The notes under the pieces are model-generated. The model saw only the letters and a program-made list of their open reading frames with translations. It ran no database searches and was not told the origin of the DNA. From IMG/VR virus record IMGVR_UViG_3300029922_000018: a DNA stretch of 20,000 nt; one strand, 5' to 3'. This DNA comes from an uncultured virus (IMG/VR IMGVR_UViG_3300029922_000018) (Duplodnaviria; Heunggongvirae; Uroviricota; Caudoviricetes). The position numbers and the translations under genes were made by a program. Positions 15,923-20,000 of this stretch are shown piece by piece (the stretch's first letter is position 1; the number at the start of each line of letters is the position of its first letter).

Positions 15923-16396
15923 ATGGGAAACGGAAGATACTTCAGTCCAAGAGACCAAAGACTAATACGAAGTCTCAACGATGAATTATTAAACGATATA
16001 ATCCAGACAGAAGTCGTGGTCTACAGAATAGCACCGGATAAAACCTCAACTAACATTTATGGTGAAACGTCTGGAAAAAATAAGAAATCCTATTATAAAG
16101 GCATAAAGATAAACGCATATGTTGATAGAGGGGAACTTACTACGGAACCAAATGATTTCATTGACAAGAAACAAGCCACAGTTTTTAAATTCTTATATCA
16201 TGAGTTTAAAGGTCTGGGAGTGTATTTACAGGAAGGCGACATTATAGATTTCAATTCTCGTATACATCAGATTGATAATGTTGCTGGACAGGAACAGTTG
16301 TTGGGCGGAATTCCTGAGAAATCATTTTCAATAATCGTTAACACTCACTATAGCCGCTTGAGTCTAAACGATTTAAATTTTATAGACCAACAATAA
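15923..16396 (+). CDS. Neck / head-closure protein (T4 gp14-like)
   Basis: TNIYGE motif, EGDII.FN..I beta-barrel pattern, and position between the gp13-like and gp15-like genes. Confidence 0.65.
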   Translation: MGNGRYFSPRDQRLIRSLNDELLNDIIQTEVVVYRIAPDKTSTNIYGETSGKNKKSYYKGIKINAYVDRGELTTEPNDFIDKKQATVFKFLYHEFKGLGVYLQEGDIIDFNSRIHQIDNVAGQEQLLGGIPEKSFSIIVNTHYSRLSLNDLNFIDQQ

Positions 16397-16431
16397 CCTA
16401 ATAATTGTTGATTTTATATTGACATATTCTA

Positions 16432-16439
16432 TATTTATA
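16432..16439 (+). promoter_or_regulatory. TATTTATA motif 9 nt upstream of the gp15-like ATG
   Basis: Recurrent octamer. Confidence 0.55.
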
Positions 16440-16448
16440 TAATATAAT

Positions 16449-17567
16449 ATGTCAACTCCCATAAATCTAAATTCGTTAAACCGAGCCTCGGAAATTAGAC
16501 GTGACACCGATTCTCAAAAGAATTTGTCAATATCACTATACGATATTGATGCGACTATATTAAATCACATCGTTGATAATTTAAAACCAGAGGTAACTCA
16601 GGCGGGAGTAATTAAAAAAGCACATTGTTCTTATGGGTCTCCCGAACTCTGGAATGCAATGAAAAAAGACTCCTTCGTTCGTGATTACCAAGGAAAAATT
16701 CAACTTCCGGCCATTGTTCTTAAACGAACAACGTCAACTGATGATGAGCAATTAATTCATTTTAATCGATATTTAAATGAAACTGTAATCCGAACTTATT
16801 CTGAGAAAAATAAATATACCAAATTCTCGGCTTTACAAGGAAGAAATGTTCCGGTAAATGAAGTATATAATATAACATTTCCAAGCCATATGATGCTGAC
16901 ATACCATGTGGTATTATGGACTGAATATGTAGAACAAATGAATAAATTAGTAGAATTATTTCAGTTCGCCGGTAAAGATTATTGGGGAAATAAAAAAGGA
17001 TATAAATTTAGGGTTGATGGTATTTCATTTGGTCACACCGTCGAATTACAGTCAGGCGACGATAGAATGATAAAAACTGAATTTGATTTGAATGTGCATG
17101 GATATATTCTACCGGAAACTATGATTAAACTAGACACCCAAGAGTCAACTTTTAAAAAAGTAATGACCCCCAAGAAAATCATAATGGGACTTGAAGTAGT
17201 TGGAACCGATTATAATTTTGAGACTAAAGGTTCTAATAAAAGTAAGTGGAAAAATCAACAATATCCAAATAAAGATTTGTCCGAGGTTCTCCCATCTGCT
17301 CCAATTTCGGTGGTTGATGGGACCGCAACTCTTTCGGGAGCAGGTCAAATAGTATCAACTTTAAATAATATAAAAGTAAACGTTCAATCATCAAATACTC
17401 CACAAAGCGGAACTTCAATTCAAAATTATCCGTATCTCAGAATAGTTGGAACTCCGATTGCAATTGATAATCCCGGTCAAGATGGAGATGTGTCGTATGA
17501 TGACCAATACTTTTATATATTCGCAAGTGGACAGTGGAGACGAGTCGCCATTTCAAATTTTTCATAA
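16449..17567 (+). CDS. Tail terminator / sheath stabiliser (T4 gp15-like) with a C-terminal extension
   Basis: YGSPELW, RD..GKIQLPAI..KRT, LWTEYVEQMNKLVE and F.LNVHGYILP motifs, plus gene order. Confidence 0.7.
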   Translation: MSTPINLNSLNRASEIRRDTDSQKNLSISLYDIDATILNHIVDNLKPEVTQAGVIKKAHCSYGSPELWNAMKKDSFVRDYQGKIQLPAIVLKRTTSTDDEQLIHFNRYLNETVIRTYSEKNKYTKFSALQGRNVPVNEVYNITFPSHMMLTYHVVLWTEYVEQMNKLVELFQFAGKDYWGNKKGYKFRVDGISFGHTVELQSGDDRMIKTEFDLNVHGYILPETMIKLDTQESTFKKVMTPKKIIMGLEVVGTDYNFETKGSNKSKWKNQQYPNKDLSEVLPSAPISVVDGTATLSGAGQIVSTLNNIKVNVQSSNTPQSGTSIQNYPYLRIVGTPIAIDNPGQDGDVSYDDQYFYIFASGQWRRVAISNFS

Positions 17568-17570
17568 TAT

Positions 17571-18044
17571 ATGATTGCAATATTACAACCATCATTATTT
17601 TATTATCGCTCATCACCGCCGACTTCATCCGCATTAATTCCGGTAATGACTAGCAATACATCTCCAAGTGGAATCGCAAGCAGCACTGCAATTGAGTTTC
17701 CGGCATTCGAAGCCGCTTGGATGGCGTTTGATAACAATAACTCCACCATTTGGGGAACGAGTGCTTGGCCGGGATGGTTAATGTATCAATTTCCATCCGC
17801 CAAGACCGCCACTAGCTATTCCACAACATGTAATGGTGGGGCAACCCTTTCATCTTGGGTATTGGAGGCAACCAACAATACCTCCGGAACATGGACATTA
17901 TTAGATAGTGAATCATTAGTTAACCCAAATGGAACTTGGACATTTTCAAATTCCACTCCTTATTTGTATTATAGACTAACCATAAGTTATCAAAATAATA
18001 CTGATTTTTTAACTATAAACTCATTCCAACTTTATGGATATTAA
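17571..18044 (+). CDS. Discoidin / F5-8 type C-like carbohydrate-binding virion protein
   Basis: IPVMTSNTSPSG...AWMAFDNNNSTIW...WLMYQF...W.LEA.N..GTWTLLD...YLYYRL.I pattern. Confidence 0.7.
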   Translation: MIAILQPSLFYYRSSPPTSSALIPVMTSNTSPSGIASSTAIEFPAFEAAWMAFDNNNSTIWGTSAWPGWLMYQFPSAKTATSYSTTCNGGATLSSWVLEATNNTSGTWTLLDSESLVNPNGTWTFSNSTPYLYYRLTISYQNNTDFLTINSFQLYGY

Positions 18045-18047
18045 CAT

Positions 18048-18458
18048 ATGAATAATTTATATAAAAAAGCAAAAGATATTTTTATCCAGCGCAGAACTCC
18101 AGATGGGAAGTTTGAGGAACATCCCTTAATAGTCAGTCCAAACTCCGTTATTGCTACGGATGGATGTAATAATCTGATAATGATACCAACTTCAAGTTTC
18201 GGAGTTGGTGGGAGTAGTTATTTTTTAAAAAATCAAACCGTAAATTCGGCTGAGACAATTCATACATATGACTCAATTTTTAACCCCGCAAACCTATTAA
18301 TCGTAAGTTCCAGTATATTTATAATAGAAGCAAGTTCTGATTATTATGTTCTTGGCGATTTAATAAATAGCGGGTCTATGGTCGTTGATGGAACATTAAA
18401 AATAGGGGGTTCCTTATTTAATGCCGGGACAATTGTCGGAACCGGAATTATACAATAA
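18048..18458 (+). CDS. Hypothetical virion / fibre-associated protein
   Basis: 136-aa ORF with a beta-rich Gly-repeat C-terminus (GDLINSGSMVVDGTLKIGG), located in the tail cluster. Confidence 0.6.
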   Translation: MNNLYKKAKDIFIQRRTPDGKFEEHPLIVSPNSVIATDGCNNLIMIPTSSFGVGGSSYFLKNQTVNSAETIHTYDSIFNPANLLIVSSSIFIIEASSDYYVLGDLINSGSMVVDGTLKIGGSLFNAGTIVGTGIIQ

Positions 18459-18464
18459 AACATT

Positions 18465-20000
18465 ATGCCAACATATATAGAAGTAGAAAAAAATCAGTTT
18501 AATCAACTCCCAAATGCATCAGGAGATGGCACGGTAATATTTGCTGTAAGTTCCAGTGGAATGATAGTATTAAAAGATGTTAATGGAAATAACATAAGCT
18601 CAGAAGAAACTTCTTCATATTCTATAAGTGCCAGCTATTCTCCAAGTCAGACGCCGGACATAACTGATAATACCGACCTACATTATGTAGGAATTAATAA
18701 TTTAACACCTTCATATTCTCTAGATGTTACTGGAACTACTCAGACCACCAACCTATATCTTAGCGGAGGAGATTATGCCGGTGCGTATATAAAAACAGCA
18801 AATTTAAGCAATTATTTGACGCTGTTAAGCGGAACACCGGGAGACAGCGGCTCCGGATTTACTGCGGTAGGGGATATTTCAATATCCGCAACCCAGGGCG
18901 CAGTTCGATTATTCAGTAATTCCGACGAAGGAATAACGGTTGCAAATGACTCTGGAATATTGGTTGGAATTAATAATACCAATCCACAATATACATTGGA
19001 CGTTAGTGGAAGAATTGCTAATTCAATTGGGGATTTAATTATTCAGGCTGGAATTGATAATGAAACTCCATGGTTGGGAGTTCCGGCTGATTTATATCTG
19101 AATGCGGACTGTGGTGGCCACGAGGTTTATATTGGGGATGCTGGTAAAATATATTTAGGCGGAGGAGGCACAATGGTAGATTGTAGTCTAGGCAATATTT
19201 ATAATATCGGTGCTTACAAGCTTACTGGTGGTGATAGCAACTCGTATGTTGGTTGCAATGGTGGTAATTTTGGTATTGGAATGACTACACCTAATTATAC
19301 ATTAGATGTTACTGGAGATATTAACTTTGCTGGCAACCTTTATAACGGTGGTTCCATCTATGTTCCGACGAATGCGGTTACGGCATCTTATATTACTTCT
19401 AGTAATATAGTTGGAACCGTGTTAAGTTCTAGCTATTCAGTAACCTCCAGCTATTTAATAGGATATGTTCCACCAACTCTAGTAACAAGCTCCATTAGTT
19501 CTAGCTGGGCATCGTCGAGTATTTCATCGAGCTACTCAGCCACAGCGTCAAATATTAATTTTATTCCTAATTTATCCAATACATCTAGTTATATAACTTC
19601 AAGCGGTGTTGTAGGATTGGTATTAAGTTCCAGCTATTCTATTTCAGCATCATATGTTCCAAATTTATATCCAGTTATAGGATATGTTACAACCTCAAGT
19701 TTTAATTCATATACGTCAAGTAATGATAGTAAAGTTAATAATTTGATTACTTCTACAAGTTCTTATTTAACTACTTCAAGTATAATTAATAGTTCAATTA
19801 GTAGTAGTTGGGCAAGTAGTTCATTAAGTTCTAGTTATGCATTAAGTTCTAGCGCAGCAACGAGCATTACATTTATTCCCAATTTATCAAATACTGCATC
19901 CTATGTCACCGGCAGCAATTCTTATATTTCAAATATTACAGTTAACAATATTTCATCACCCCATATAACCGACCTAAACATTTCGGCTGCGACGAATATA
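18465..20000 (+). CDS. Long tail-fibre-like Ser-rich repeat protein, 5' part (runs off the window end)
   Basis: ATG at 18465 (MPTYIEVEKNQF...) opens a frame to 20000. It has three (V/F)GIxxxxPxYxLDVxG repeats and many SSSY/SASY repeats. Confidence 0.8.
   Translation, partial: MPTYIEVEKNQFNQLPNASGDGTVIFAVSSSGMIVLKDVNGNNISSEETSSYSISASYSPSQTPDITDNTDLHYVGINNLTPSYSLDVTGTTQTTNLYLSGGDYAGAYIKTANLSNYLTLLSGTPGDSGSGFTAVGDISISATQGAVRLFSNSDEGITVANDSGILVGINNTNPQYTLDVSGRIANSIGDLIIQAGIDNETPWLGVPADLYLNADCGGHEVYIGDAGKIYLGGGGTMVDCSLGNIYNIGAYKLTGGDSNSYVGCNGGNFGIGMTTPNYTLDVTGDINFAGNLYNGGSIYVPTNAVTASYITSSNIVGTVLSSSYSVTSSYLIGYVPPTLVTSSISSSWASSSISSSYSATASNINFIPNLSNTSSYITSSGVVGLVLSSSYSISASYVPNLYPVIGYVTTSSFNSYTSSNDSKVNNLITSTSSYLTTSSIINSSISSSWASSSLSSSYALSSSAATSITFIPNLSNTASYVTGSNSYISNITVNNISSPHITDLNISAATNI

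Noticed and set aside
16419..16448. TTGACA-N18-TATAAT sigma70 promoter before the gp15-like gene
   Set aside because: The -10 box abuts the ATG, so transcription would start inside the ORF. It may be chance in AT-rich DNA.
1438..17634. Short antisense or alternative-frame ORFs in the track (e.g. 1438-1674, 1512-1709, 3703-4062, 5810-6178, 7957-8253, 11075-11257, 14769-15059, 17145-17634)
   Set aside because: They overlap better-supported genes and have no recognisable motifs, so they are shadow ORFs.
1..20000. Stop-codon reassignment, as seen in some large phages
   Set aside because: Genes are long and tightly packed under the standard code. TAA, TGA and TAG (13213) all appear as terminators.
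1..20000. tRNA or other structured RNA genes accompanying cca
   Set aside because: Intergenic gaps are short (about 120 nt at most) and AT-rich, and I saw no cloverleaf or T-loop context.

Overview
This AT-rich window comes from a large T4-like myovirus (contractile-tailed phage) genome and reads in the standard genetic code. The left end holds the 5' part of a tail sheath gene on the minus strand. The right half holds a plus-strand neck/tail module: gp13-, gp14- and gp15-like genes, a discoidin-like protein and a Ser-rich fibre protein. Two RHH + endonuclease cassettes flank the gp13-like gene. Between the structural blocks (1826-11032, minus strand) is a tightly coupled array of unrelated enzymes: GNAT acetyltransferases, ADP-ribosyltransferase/Tpt1-like domains, a CCA-adding enzyme, a 2H phosphoesterase, a Cys-His transglutaminase-like protein and a lysozyme. 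Ten of these share a ~10-aa N-terminal leader, M-I-K-L-K-x-L-L-(x)-E, and another copy sits inside the largest ORF. The leader resembles the T4 internal-protein capsid targeting sequence (MKTYQEFIAE) and ends in a gp21-type (I/L)-X-E cleavage motif. My best hypothesis is a modular cassette of head-packaged, co-injected effector enzymes, including a tRNA-repair set. All function calls come from motifs recognised by eye; no database searches were run.
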